From Nitrospirota bacterium (lineage in GTDB: Bacteria > Nitrospirota > UBA9217): a stretch of DNA of 64,000 bases. This document shows, piece by piece, positions 40,213 to 49,964 of this stretch (the stretch's first letter is position 1; every line of letters begins with the position of its first letter). The position numbers and the translations under genes are program-made. Location of the stretch: assembly GCA_963754875.1 (NCBI GenBank), contig CAVWHO010000020.1, positions 192,001 to 256,000 of the forward strand. Reading direction: 5' to 3'. The notes under the pieces were generated by a model. The model was given only the letters and a program-made list of their open reading frames with translations, had not been told where the DNA came from and ran no database searches.

Positions 40213-41403
40213 ATGTCAAGGATCGTTGTGGTAGGGGGATCGTTCGGGGGATTGACAGCGGCCTTCGAGCTTAAACGACTGCTTGGGAAGAAAGCCGACG
40301 TGACCGTGGTGAGCGACGATGACCGGTTTGTGTTCCTGCCGTCGCTGCCGTGGCTCATCATGGGGTGGAGAAAGCCGGAAGATATTACCCTTAAGGTGAG
40401 CGAGATCCTGAAGCCCAAGGGGATCGAGTTCGTTCATGACGCGGCAAAGCAGATCGACGCCGATTCATCGAAGGTAACAACCTCAAAAGGAAAAGAGCTG
40501 CCCTATGACTTTCTCGTAATATCTACGGGACCGTATCTTTCCTTTGATGAGATTCCCGGGCTGGGACCTGATAAGGGCCATACCGACTGTACGTTTACAC
40601 TTGATCATGCATTAAGAGCCAGAGAATCGTGGAAAAAGATCCTGGAGAACCCCGGTCCGATAGTCGTCGGTTCGTCGCAGATGGTGAGCTGTTTCGGCCC
40701 GTCCTACGAGCTGGCGTTTGAGATGGACACCGAGCTTCGCCGTCGAAAAATGCGCCACAAAGTACCCATCCTCTATCTCACGTCTGAACCCTATCTCGGC
40801 CACATGGGGGTCGGTGGTCTCGGCAAATCAAAGCGCTTCATGGAAGACGAATTTGCCGAGCGGGACATCAAACCCGTCATCAGCCAAGCCATTGAAGAGG
40901 TAACGCCCGGAGAAATCAAACTCAAGGACGGCACAAAGCTACCCTTCAAACTTGCCATGATCGCGCCGCCGTTCAAAGGCGTGCCTGCCGTCATGCCGTT
41001 GGGAAATCCCCGCGGGTTCATCCCGGTTGACAAGAACTATCGTCATACGAAATTTAAAAATATTTTTGCCATCGGTGTTACCATGGCCATCGCACCGCCG
41101 GAGGCGACGCCGGTGCCGACGGGCGTTCCCAAGACCGGATTTATGACGGTGAAGATGGCGAAGATTGCCGCGGCAACTATCGCTGCCGGCATCACCGGGA
41201 AGACCCCGCCTCCTCCGTCGGAAATCGGCGTGGTTTGTCTCATGGACATGGGAAACACAGCCGCATACATGAAGGCCTATCCCGTGCTTCCGCCGCGCCA
41301 GAGTTCCTATACGAGGAAGACCATCTGGGCGAAGTGGATGAAGGTCCGGTTCGAGAAATACTTCCTCTGGAAGATGAAGAGGGGGCTCAGCAATCTGCCA
41401 TGA
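40213..41403 (+). CDS. sqr: Sulfide:quinone oxidoreductase family flavoprotein
   Basis: VVGGSFGG FAD site, SCFGPSYE, GVPKTGFM, VCLMDMG, C-terminal amphipathic helix KVRFEKYFLWK. Confidence 0.85.
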   Translation: MSRIVVVGGSFGGLTAAFELKRLLGKKADVTVVSDDDRFVFLPSLPWLIMGWRKPEDITLKVSEILKPKGIEFVHDAAKQIDADSSKVTTSKGKELPYDFLVISTGPYLSFDEIPGLGPDKGHTDCTFTLDHALRARESWKKILENPGPIVVGSSQMVSCFGPSYELAFEMDTELRRRKMRHKVPILYLTSEPYLGHMGVGGLGKSKRFMEDEFAERDIKPVISQAIEEVTPGEIKLKDGTKLPFKLAMIAPPFKGVPAVMPLGNPRGFIPVDKNYRHTKFKNIFAIGVTMAIAPPEATPVPTGVPKTGFMTVKMAKIAAATIAAGITGKTPPPPSEIGVVCLMDMGNTAAYMKAYPVLPPRQSSYTRKTIWAKWMKVRFEKYFLWKMKRGLSNLP

Positions 41404-41546
41404 AGAAAGAGATATTGAAGCTGCACGCTGATTTTTGCAAGATATTTTCCAATCCCACGAGGCTTGAGATACTCTGCCTGCTTAGAGAAGGCGAACTGAC
41501 TGCCGGCGAGATCACTGAGAAGCTCGGCGTGTCACATGGCTATTAA
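41400..41546 (+). pseudogene. Second ArsR regulator, truncated by the adjacent IS
   Basis: MKKEILKLHADFCKIFSNPTRLEILCLLREGELTAGEITEKLGVS stops before the recognition helix; ATGA overlap with the sqr stop. Confidence 0.8.
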
Positions 41547-42265
41547 ACTTACATCATAGGTGCAGGGCCAGGCGGTTATGTCGCCGCGATACGTGCAGCG
41601 CAGGCTCTTTCGTTCTTTGAGCTTCGGTGTAGATTTCATGGCTGAAAAGGTCAATGACATGCAGCGCATAGAACCTACGGTCATCTTTGATGTAGCGCGG
41701 CCCCACCAAGCCCATCTGGTGGATATTGTTGCACCCCAAGGCCTCGGTGAAGTAAGGGTATTCGACTCCTTTGGACGCATAGGCTGTTTTTTTAACGAGC
41801 CCTTTGCGTTTCAGCACTCGGTTTATCGTGCTGTCCGAAGGAAATGGTAGCCCCTGCTTCTTGAGCTCCCATTTGATGGCGGAAACGCCGATCTGGGCAT
41901 AAGGCGCATCCACCAGTTGCTGCCTGGTCAAAAGGATGCGCTTTTTCGCTCCCTCGTCGATCTCCGAGGGCCTTGTTTTGGGAGCCCGAGATTGTTCTTT
42001 GAACCAGCCTGCTGCTCCGGTTCGATATCGTATCAGCCATTTGAAGAACCACTTCTTGGATCGGTTCAGGCTGGTATAAACATCTTTGGGTGATTCGCCT
42101 CTTTGGATGTGTCGTTTGATAGGGGTCTGTCTGAGTGCGCTCTCCTTTAGTAATCTGAATAAGGAGAGCATGAATTGGGCCGAGAAGATGCTCTAGCCTA
42201 ATAAACACGATTTCGGGTAACCGATGTCTTGACCAGCCGGGTAACCGATGTCCTGAAACTTGTCA
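41530..42265 (-). mobile_element. Internally deleted IS481-like element (transposase fragment)
   Basis: HTH RSKKWFFKWL.RY, SRAPKTRP, PSDSTINRVL, incomplete integrase core; tandem end repeats gggtaaccgatgtc(t/c)tga at 42215-42256. Confidence 0.65.
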
Positions 42266-42285
42266 GCTATACCATAATCCCTGCA

Positions 42286-43926
42286 CTACGAGTCTTGTTT
42301 CTTTTCATCCTCCCACACTTTTTTCTCGATCTCTTTTAACAAGCCTTCGAACGAACCCTGATTGATCGCTGAACAGACAACGCCCCTGAACCGGTTTGCC
42401 ATGGCTTTTGCCCAGAGGGGGTTTACGAGGTCCACCTTGTTCAGAACAACAATCTGGGGAATGTGTTCAAGGCCGATCTCCCTCAAGAGATTGTTCACCG
42501 AGTCCATCTGCTGCTCGAACCGGGGATTGCTGATATCAACTACGTGCAGGATCAGGTCGGCGTCCTGCATTTCGTCGAGCGTGGCACGGAACGCTCCGAG
42601 CAGGTCCTTCGGCAGGTCCTTGATGAATCCTACGGTGTCGGTGATGACGACCTCTCGGTCGCGCGGAAAGCGTAGTCTCCGCGTGGCCGTGTCGAGCGTG
42701 GCGAATAAAAGGTTTTCCGCCTTGACCTCCGATTTCGTCAGCGCATTAAAGAGCGTTGACTTGCCGGCATTGGTGTACCCGGCAATCGAAACGATGGGGA
42801 TCTCGCTTTTGATGCGCCGCTCGCGCCGCTGGTCTCTGGCCTTCCCGAGGGCATCGAGCTGCTTCTCCAGCCTCCGGATCTTGTCCCGCGCCCTGCGCAT
42901 GTCGACCTCGAGCCGCGTTTCGCCCGGGCCTCTTCCGCCGATGCCGCCTGTGAGCCGGGAAAGGGCAGTGGAACGTTCCGATAATCTCGGCAGGCGGTAT
43001 TTGAGCTGGGCAAGCTCGACCTGCACCTTGCCGTCGCCGCTGTGGGCACGGCGCGCGAAGATGTCGAGGATGAGCTGGGTGCGGTCGATGACGCGCATCT
43101 CGGTGATGTCGCCGATGGCCTTGACCTGGGCAGGAGACAGGTTCTGGTCGAACACGATCAGGTCCGCGCCGAGTTGCTGAGAACGGATGATGAGCTCCTT
43201 GAGTTTTCCTTCACCGAGCAGATACTTCGGGTTGATGTCATGCAGCCGCTGGATCACGGTATCCAGCACCGTGATGCCGTCCGTTCGTGCGAGTTCCTTC
43301 AGTTCCTCGACGGATTCCTCCTGCTCGTGCCTGCTCTTTTTCGATACGCTCACGAGGATGGCGCGGTCTTTTTTGGCTACTTCACGTGCTTCCTGTGCCC
43401 TCTCCATCTGGCGCTCGATGTCCGCGATGAATTCCGCGGCATCCAGCGCGATCGCATGTACGGAACGCGGCGGCATGACCTCATAAATTTTCTCTTCGGG
43501 ATTGGGCGGGACGAGATAGGCGATCGAGATGTTTCCGGGCAGCCCGTCGGCCTGGACCGCGAGTGCAGCCATGAAATCCAGCCGGAGCAGGGCAAGGTCC
43601 GTCAGGTCTTCCTGGTTCAGCGGCTGGCCCTTAAGATGGGTGTGGATGAAGCGGACGCCCCGCAGCCGTTTCGCGCCCAGGCGGTGCTCGGACAAGTCGG
43701 GAATGAGGATGTCCTTGTTCGTGCCGACAAGCACGTTGCGAACGCTGCCGGAGCGGTCGATGATGAGACCGATCTGCCTGCCCGTCTCTGCAGAGGCCTC
43801 GGAAAGAGCCCTCGCTGCCTCGGGAGTGATAACCGCGTCCGGCGGCATTCTCCTTCGATAGAGACGCTCGAGCAGTTTTACTTCAGCAGGTTTAAGACCT
43901 GTTGTTTCGCCGTGAATAGTTGGGAT
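42286..43926 (-). CDS. hflX: GTPase HflX, long form; probable ATC start
   Basis: DRTQLILDIFA, GGIGGRGPGET, GYTNAGKST, LFATLD, DTVGF, NKVD. Confidence 0.93.
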   Translation of the reverse strand: MPTIHGETTGLKPAEVKLLERLYRRRMPPDAVITPEAARALSEASAETGRQIGLIIDRSGSVRNVLVGTNKDILIPDLSEHRLGAKRLRGVRFIHTHLKGQPLNQEDLTDLALLRLDFMAALAVQADGLPGNISIAYLVPPNPEEKIYEVMPPRSVHAIALDAAEFIADIERQMERAQEAREVAKKDRAILVSVSKKSRHEQEESVEELKELARTDGITVLDTVIQRLHDINPKYLLGEGKLKELIIRSQQLGADLIVFDQNLSPAQVKAIGDITEMRVIDRTQLILDIFARRAHSGDGKVQVELAQLKYRLPRLSERSTALSRLTGGIGGRGPGETRLEVDMRRARDKIRRLEKQLDALGKARDQRRERRIKSEIPIVSIAGYTNAGKSTLFNALTKSEVKAENLLFATLDTATRRLRFPRDREVVITDTVGFIKDLPKDLLGAFRATLDEMQDADLILHVVDISNPRFEQQMDSVNNLLREIGLEHIPQIVVLNKVDLVNPLWAKAMANRFRGVVCSAINQGSFEGLLKEIEKKVWEDEKKQDS

Positions 43927-43953
43927 GACGGTCTCCTCGGGATTTTCCTGTGT

Positions 43954-43987
43954 AAAAAGATACAGCGCAGGCAAACACCTGCGCTGT
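43954..43987 (-). terminator. Hairpin (terminator or leader structure) upstream of hflX
   Basis: acagcgcagg-6 nt-cctgcgctgt perfect stem followed on the minus strand by atcttttt. Confidence 0.5.
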
Positions 43988-44020
43988 TTTCATTGTATCA
44001 TAGTTTTGTGCGACGCAACG

Positions 44021-44497
44021 TTACTTCACAAGAAACACGATATCATGTTCCCGGGCGTGGTCTTTTACTTTGAGGCCGACGCTCTGGCCTGCCGAGGCCT
44101 GGTCTACGTGCTGGTGTTCATACTCCATGGATTCCACTGCTTGCGTAAAGTCTGTCACGTGTCCTTTTATGTGGATGGTAGCGCCGGTTTTGAGCTCTCC
44201 TTTATTGAGCTGGACAACCGCCACGCTGAGATGGCTGTAATAATGGGTCACCGTGCCGATGGCCTCCTCATTGGAGACAGGTTCTTCCAAAGGCGGCATG
44301 CTGCGCGGAGGCGGGCCTGGCTCTACGGTGGTCGGCTTCAGCGGAACAGCTTGCTCGAGCGAAGGCACTCTCTTTTTCGCAGCTTTTTTCTTAATGATTT
44401 TCTTTTTAGCAAGTTTTTTCTTGATTGTTTTCTTGGCGGGTTTTCGGGAAGCGGCTTTCTTTTTTGTTTTCTCGCCTTTTACTTTTTTTTTCGGCAT
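44021..44497 (-). CDS. Lys-rich N-terminal tail fused to an EF-Tu domain II-like beta-barrel
   Basis: KKKAASRKPAKK-type repeats; IGTVTHYYSHLSVAVV...IHIKGHVTDFTQ.VESM...GQSVGLKV; GGAGG RBS. Confidence 0.8.
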   Translation of the reverse strand: MPKKKVKGEKTKKKAASRKPAKKTIKKKLAKKKIIKKKAAKKRVPSLEQAVPLKPTTVEPGPPPRSMPPLEEPVSNEEAIGTVTHYYSHLSVAVVQLNKGELKTGATIHIKGHVTDFTQAVESMEYEHQHVDQASAGQSVGLKVKDHAREHDIVFLVK

Positions 44498-44862
44498 TCG
44501 ATAACCTCCTCCGTATTCTTTCTCGCATTACAAGAATTCTACGTCATGAATCTTCTGATTGTTTTGCGTGGTTGTGAGCCACATCCAGTCGAGATATCTC
44601 CTGACAGAAAAACTGTCAGAATTCTAGCAAAAAAACCGCAAAATGCAAGTGCAAAAGAAGTTAAAATCGTAAGTTGAGGGCCGTGAATGTTAGCTTGACA
44701 GCTTCTGATAAATGTGAAATAATCGCCCAACAAATAGGAGGCCTCTCCCGCCGAAGTTCGACGGGGAGCTTTTTTTTGGTCCATATAGTTTAGTAGTATC
44801 GAAACATCATTACGAGTAGGGGTACTGGCCGAGTGCCAGATTGAGAAAGGAGAGGAGGGCGT

Positions 44863-46344
44863 ATGAAAAAAGGGATATCTGTAATGTTGTTTGCTCTGAT
44901 CGTTGGAAGTGTGTCACTGTTTGTGCCTGCTACAGTCTTTGCAACCGATGGTATGAATCTTGAGGGATACGGTCCGATTGCGACGGGTATGGGCGGCGCG
45001 TCCATGGCCTACGACAACGGCACCGCGGCAATGATGAACAACCCTGCAACACTCGGCCTTATGCCGGAGGGGAACCGGCTCGATGTGGCTTTTGGTTATC
45101 TGGGACCGAACATCAAGGTGAGTGTGCCCGGTCAGGAGACCACATCGCAATTGAATGCCTTCTATATGCCGGCCATCGGTTGGGTACAGAAGAGTGGGCA
45201 GTCGTCATACGGCGTTGGTGTGTTCGCTCAGGGCGGCATGGGAGCGCAATATTCGGCGGATTCATTCATGGCGGCGGGATCAGGTGACAAAGTCCGTTCC
45301 GAGTTGAGTGTCGGACGACTGATCATTCCGTATGCCTATCAGGTAGACAAGAACTTGATTTTGGCCGCGTCCGTTGATTATGTGTGGGCCGGTCTGGACC
45401 TGAAGATGGCGCTTCCGGGGGCAGCATTTCTTGACATGGCCGCTTTTCCGGGATCAACGCAAACCTACGGTACGGTGTCAGGAAGCATGATGGACGCCTT
45501 TGGCAGTCTGGTTTTTGGCGGCGGCGCGTTTCCAGCTGGTACGGTCAATCCTGCCAACCCGGTGAACTATGGTCGCTTTGATTTCTCCGATAACGACCCA
45601 TTTACTGGCAAGGCCATGGGATCCGGCTTTGCCGGCAAGCTCGGCGGCGTCTACAAGATAAACGATGCAGTATCCGTTGGTTTGACTTATCACAGCAAAA
45701 CCTGGCTCGGAGATCTGGAAACAAATGGCGCTCAGGTAAGCTTTAATGCGAATGTCGACTCGGGTGTTGCCGGCGGTGGTGCGCCAAACGGCGTATACGT
45801 CCCTGCCACAATCCCGCTCACGGGCAAGATCCAGATCAAGGATTTTCAGTGGCCCCAGATGATAGGCGCCGGCGTCTCTTATCAAGCGTCAGACAATCTG
45901 ATGGTCGTATTCGATTATAAGTGGATCAACTGGGCAGACGTGATGAAGAACTTTAAAATGGTTTTCACCGCGGACTCGACTCAGTCCAATCCTATGGCGC
46001 AGGCGGCTTTTGGCGGTACGGAACTTGATGCCACTCTGTTCCAAAAATGGAGGGACCAGCATGTGTTCATGATCGGCGCAGGCTACAAGGTTAGTCCCGA
46101 CTGGATACTGCGCGCGGGGTTGAATATCACCAACAATCCGATCCCTGACACCTATTTAAATGCATTGTTCCCGGCCATCGAAAAGAACCATGTGACGTTG
46201 GGCGCGGGCTATATGATCACCAAGGCCTCGAGCGTAGACGCATCCTTCACCTATGCTCCCGAGGTCAAGGCGACCAACGGTCAGGGCCAGACCATAACCC
46301 ACAGTCAGACCAATTCACAGGTCATGTACAGCTATCGTTTCTAG
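44863..46344 (+). CDS. FadL/OmpP1 family outer-membrane channel
   Basis: Signal peptide, GMGGAS...NNPA hatch motif, beta-strand pattern, terminal YSYRF. Confidence 0.88.
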   Translation: MKKGISVMLFALIVGSVSLFVPATVFATDGMNLEGYGPIATGMGGASMAYDNGTAAMMNNPATLGLMPEGNRLDVAFGYLGPNIKVSVPGQETTSQLNAFYMPAIGWVQKSGQSSYGVGVFAQGGMGAQYSADSFMAAGSGDKVRSELSVGRLIIPYAYQVDKNLILAASVDYVWAGLDLKMALPGAAFLDMAAFPGSTQTYGTVSGSMMDAFGSLVFGGGAFPAGTVNPANPVNYGRFDFSDNDPFTGKAMGSGFAGKLGGVYKINDAVSVGLTYHSKTWLGDLETNGAQVSFNANVDSGVAGGGAPNGVYVPATIPLTGKIQIKDFQWPQMIGAGVSYQASDNLMVVFDYKWINWADVMKNFKMVFTADSTQSNPMAQAAFGGTELDATLFQKWRDQHVFMIGAGYKVSPDWILRAGLNITNNPIPDTYLNALFPAIEKNHVTLGAGYMITKASSVDASFTYAPEVKATNGQGQTITHSQTNSQVMYSYRF

Positions 46345-46379
46345 TAGAAAATAGTTTTGTAAAGACTGGTTTAGCAAAG

Positions 46380-46417
46380 GAGCAATCCTCCCGAAAATGG
46401 AGGATTGCTCTTTTTTT
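46380..46417 (+). terminator. Intrinsic terminator
   Basis: gagcaatcctcc / ggaggattgctc stem plus T7. Confidence 0.85.
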
Positions 46418-46505
46418 CTACTCTTAATCCGAATCGGGTGTCTTGCGTCTGTTTTCGAGTTGACTGCGTCCAGTGATTGGATTATCATTGCTGAACGTCC
46501 GCACT

Positions 46506-47534
46506 ATGAAAATTCTTATCATCAAACTTTCCGCGATCGGCGATGTTGTCCAGACTTTGCCTGCACTCGAAGCAATCAAAAAAACCTATCCCGACAGCGA
46601 AATAACGTGGGTGGTCGAGGAGGCCGCGGCAGGCATTCTGGAAGGGCATCCGCTCATCGACCGGCTGCTGGTATCGCACAGGAGAGCCTGGCTGCACTTG
46701 TTCAAAAATCCCTTCACTGCATGGCGGGGCCTGAGCGGTATCACCAGGTTCGTCCGCGAGCTGCGCAGCATCCGCTTCGACATCGCCATAGATTTCCAGG
46801 GGCTCTTCAAGAGCGGCGTCCTTATCGGTCTTGCCCATGGGGACCGAAAAATCGGATTCGACCGTACGCGCGAATTTTCTTACCTGTTCCTGAATGAGCG
46901 CTTGCCGGCCTATGACATCGAAAAACATGCGCTCGAGCGGTATCTCGACATCGCGCGGTACCTCGGCGCGAGGGATGTTTCTACGGCCTGTGCGCTGCCG
47001 ATCGAAGGGGAGCGGGAAAAGATCAAGCGGCGAATTGACGCAGTGAAGCCGGCGGGACGGCGTTTCGTGGTCATGAATCCCGGAGCGCGCTGGACAACAA
47101 AGCTCTGGCCGGAGAGAAACTTCGCAGAACTTGCGGACCGGTTGATTCAGGAAAAAAATGCAGTAGTCATCTTTACCGGAGGTCCGGACGACCGCAGGAT
47201 GATCGAGCGGGTAATTACTCTGATGAAGCACGGTGACGCTTTGAACTGGGGAGGGGAAACTACGCTCAAGGAACTGGCAGCGCTCGCGTCGCTATCCGAT
47301 CTGTTTATCACGACGGATACCGGCTCCATGCACCTTGCGGCGGCTGTCGGAGCGAAGGTCCTTGCGCTCTTCGGGCCCACGGCCCCGTGGAGAACCGGAC
47401 CCTATGGGAGCTCCAATACGGTTGTGCGCTCGGAGGTTGATTGCTCACCGTGTTTTCAGCGTACCTGCGGGAAAAACGTGAAGTGCATGACGGGAATTAC
47501 CGTAGCGGATGTCATGAAAAAACTGCCACTGTGA
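46506..47534 (+). CDS. LPS heptosyltransferase (GT9, WaaC/WaaF-like)
   Basis: KLSAIGDVV, DFQGLFKS, KLWP, DTGSMHLAAA, LFGPT. Confidence 0.9.
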   Translation: MKILIIKLSAIGDVVQTLPALEAIKKTYPDSEITWVVEEAAAGILEGHPLIDRLLVSHRRAWLHLFKNPFTAWRGLSGITRFVRELRSIRFDIAIDFQGLFKSGVLIGLAHGDRKIGFDRTREFSYLFLNERLPAYDIEKHALERYLDIARYLGARDVSTACALPIEGEREKIKRRIDAVKPAGRRFVVMNPGARWTTKLWPERNFAELADRLIQEKNAVVIFTGGPDDRRMIERVITLMKHGDALNWGGETTLKELAALASLSDLFITTDTGSMHLAAAVGAKVLALFGPTAPWRTGPYGSSNTVVRSEVDCSPCFQRTCGKNVKCMTGITVADVMKKLPL

Positions 47535-47709
47535 ACTAAAAATGCAGAATGACGAACGAGGGGGCCTCTCGCATTCTGCATTTTTTAATGTGTCAGTAAC
47601 GAACCAAATTCTTTTTCAATATGCGTTAGAAAAATTCTCGCAGCGGCGCAGAGTTCCGGCAACTCCAAGCCTGAACTCGGCTGCTTACGTGTCGATTACC
47701 GCTACCGTT

Positions 47710-48159
47710 TCAGCAGAGACCGATCCCGGCCGTCCTGTCGATATACTGCACGATCTGCTCCAGCGCCAAGCGCCGGTCATCGAGTGCCCAGAAAAAAAAG
47801 TCGTCCAGCGACTTAAAGGGACCAGCGGCCGAGCGATGGGATGCGAGGACGTCTGCAGCCGCTTTATCTGCAACCACCTGGCCTGAAGACATCAACTGGT
47901 CCATCTCCTTCGGGAAGCCGGCGTACCAGGCAGCGTAGCTTTTCCCTTTCATTTTGCTGATGCGGTCCTTGACCAGGTGCAGCACGAAATGATAGAGGTC
48001 CTTCTGGTCGGCCATCATGTGCTGCGAATCGATAAGTATGGAGTACATCCCGATGGCCAGGGTCATGTCCGAGTAGCGTCCTTTCTTGAATAGTTCCTCC
48101 AAATAGCCGTTGAGCTTCTCTTTTTTTTCAACGCTCGATACCGTTACAAGTTCGGGCAT
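47710..48159 (-). CDS. Hypothetical protein
   Basis: 149-codon ORF with AAAGGTG RBS and host-like codon usage; no motif recognised. Confidence 0.65.
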   Translation of the reverse strand: MPELVTVSSVEKKEKLNGYLEELFKKGRYSDMTLAIGMYSILIDSQHMMADQKDLYHFVLHLVKDRISKMKGKSYAAWYAGFPKEMDQLMSSGQVVADKAAADVLASHRSAAGPFKSLDDFFFWALDDRRLALEQIVQYIDRTAGIGLC

Positions 48160-48618
48160 AGCACCTTTCCTCCCCAGTGAACACAAGTGATCAATATATT
48201 GATCGTATGATCATATACCAAGTCCCGGGGGGAAGCAATATTTTTCTCAACTCTGCTCATAAAACCAAAGCCATAGCCTCCCTTCGGCATCTCAAACCTG
48301 TCGAAGATTAGTCCCGTCAACTATCGTTTTGTGTAGAGATGAGGCGGGAACTTGCATCTTCGTTTACGTTGTATCAAATCAGACTGTTCCTCTTCAATCG
48401 AAAATCGGCGGCACGCAGAAAAATCACAAAAAAATGTATTTCTATCTTGAATAAAAAGCAGCTCAAAGTTATTTACTGCAATTTCTTTCACGGGTCGGAA
48501 CTTTGGTGCTTATATTTGTCCAACGTCCGACCCTTTTTACCTCTAGTTTGTTTCAAAAACGACTCGGCTATTAATAATTGTAATTGTTAATTGCTTGATT
48601 CGTTGAAGAAAACGATAC

Positions 48619-48634
48619 TGGCAAACATATTGCT
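48619..48634 (+). promoter_or_regulatory. Sigma54 promoter
   Basis: TGGCAAACATATTGCT (GG-N10-GC) after a long AT-rich region. Confidence 0.75.
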
Positions 48635-48778
48635 TTTACAATCTTAAACAAAGGTAAACAGATTAGAAACTAAATACATAGTTACGCCTCATCATTATTG
48701 AATTCCAAAACCACGGAACAAAAAAAAGAATATTGCGGCTTTCAATTACAAAGACCAAATAAGAGAGGGAGGTGCTGT

Positions 48779-49951
48779 ATGGTTGCTATTTGCAAGGAGA
48801 GATATATGCTGTTTGCCGGTATTGTCCTTGCCGGATTCATTCTCGTCGCAGGAGGCCCGATGTCAGCCAGTGCAGCTGAGAAGGGGGTCACGGACCATGA
48901 GATCGTGATCGGAATGTCAAATGCACTAACCGGCCCGGCATCGGCCCTCGGCAGCGGAGTCAAAGCCGGGGCCATGGCGTATTTCAAAATGATCAACGAT
49001 GCCGGTGGGGTGAATGGCCGTAAGATCAAACTTCTTAGTTATGACGATGGGTACGAACCGAAGAGGACGGTTGAGAATACGAACAAACTGATTGCCGAGG
49101 ACAAAGTCTTCGCCCTCTTCGGTTACGTCGGGACGCCGACGTCGTCGGCTATTCTGCCGGCCGTCAATAAGGAAAAGATCGTGTACTGGAGTCCCTTTAC
49201 TGGAGCTGAGTTCCTGCGTACGCCGGTAAGCAAAACAATTTTCAACGTGCGGGGAAGCTACTTTGATGAGGCGGAGACACAGGTAAAATACCTGACTGAG
49301 AAATTGGGAAAAAGCAGAATCGGCGTGTTTATCCAGAATGACGCCTACGGCCTGGCAGTCAAGGGAGGCGTCGCAAAAGCGCTTAAGAGCCGTCACCTGG
49401 ACATTGTTGGAGAGGGCACATACGAACGGAACACCGAAAACGTCGATGCCGGTCTGGCCAGCCTCAAGCCTTCTCATCCAGATGCGGTCATTATGGTGGG
49501 AACCTACAAGGCCATGGCTGCTTTTATAAAAAAGGCGAAAGCGCAGGGGTTCAACCCGCTCTTTCTGAATGTCTCCTTTGTGGGCACAGCGGCGCTGGTC
49601 AGGGAACTTGGCAACGAAGGAGAGGGCGTGATGATTACCCAGGTCATGCCGTCCCCTCATGACAGTTCGCTGGCCATTATCCGTCAGTACCAGAAGAACC
49701 TGAAAGCTGCGGGCCGCCAGGAATTGGATTATACCGATCTCGAAGGATATATCGATGCAGTCGCATTCGTTGAGGTGTTGAAGAAGGTGAACGGCCCGCT
49801 GACGCAGGACTCTTTCATTGCTGCGGCGGAGAAGCTGAACGTGACCACCGGCGGGCTGACATTCGCTTTTTCGCCATCGAATCATCAGGCCATGTCAAAA
49901 ATTTACCTGACGAAAATAGCAGGTACGAAGGTAGTTGATGTCAAGCACTAA
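48779..49951 (+). CDS. Periplasmic binding protein (LivJ/type I family)
   Basis: Signal peptide, IGMSNALTGPA, GGVNGRKI, DDGYEP, VGTPT. Confidence 0.88.
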   Translation: MVAICKERYMLFAGIVLAGFILVAGGPMSASAAEKGVTDHEIVIGMSNALTGPASALGSGVKAGAMAYFKMINDAGGVNGRKIKLLSYDDGYEPKRTVENTNKLIAEDKVFALFGYVGTPTSSAILPAVNKEKIVYWSPFTGAEFLRTPVSKTIFNVRGSYFDEAETQVKYLTEKLGKSRIGVFIQNDAYGLAVKGGVAKALKSRHLDIVGEGTYERNTENVDAGLASLKPSHPDAVIMVGTYKAMAAFIKKAKAQGFNPLFLNVSFVGTAALVRELGNEGEGVMITQVMPSPHDSSLAIIRQYQKNLKAAGRQELDYTDLEGYIDAVAFVEVLKKVNGPLTQDSFIAAAEKLNVTTGGLTFAFSPSNHQAMSKIYLTKIAGTKVVDVKH

Positions 49952-49964
49952 GGAGGACTTTTCT

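Noticed and set aside
47620..47712. Cys-TGA at the end of the 47710-48159 ORF (and of the diguanylate cyclase) as further Sec codons
   Set aside because: No redox motif context or convincing SECIS hairpin; the cyclase domain is already complete at its stop
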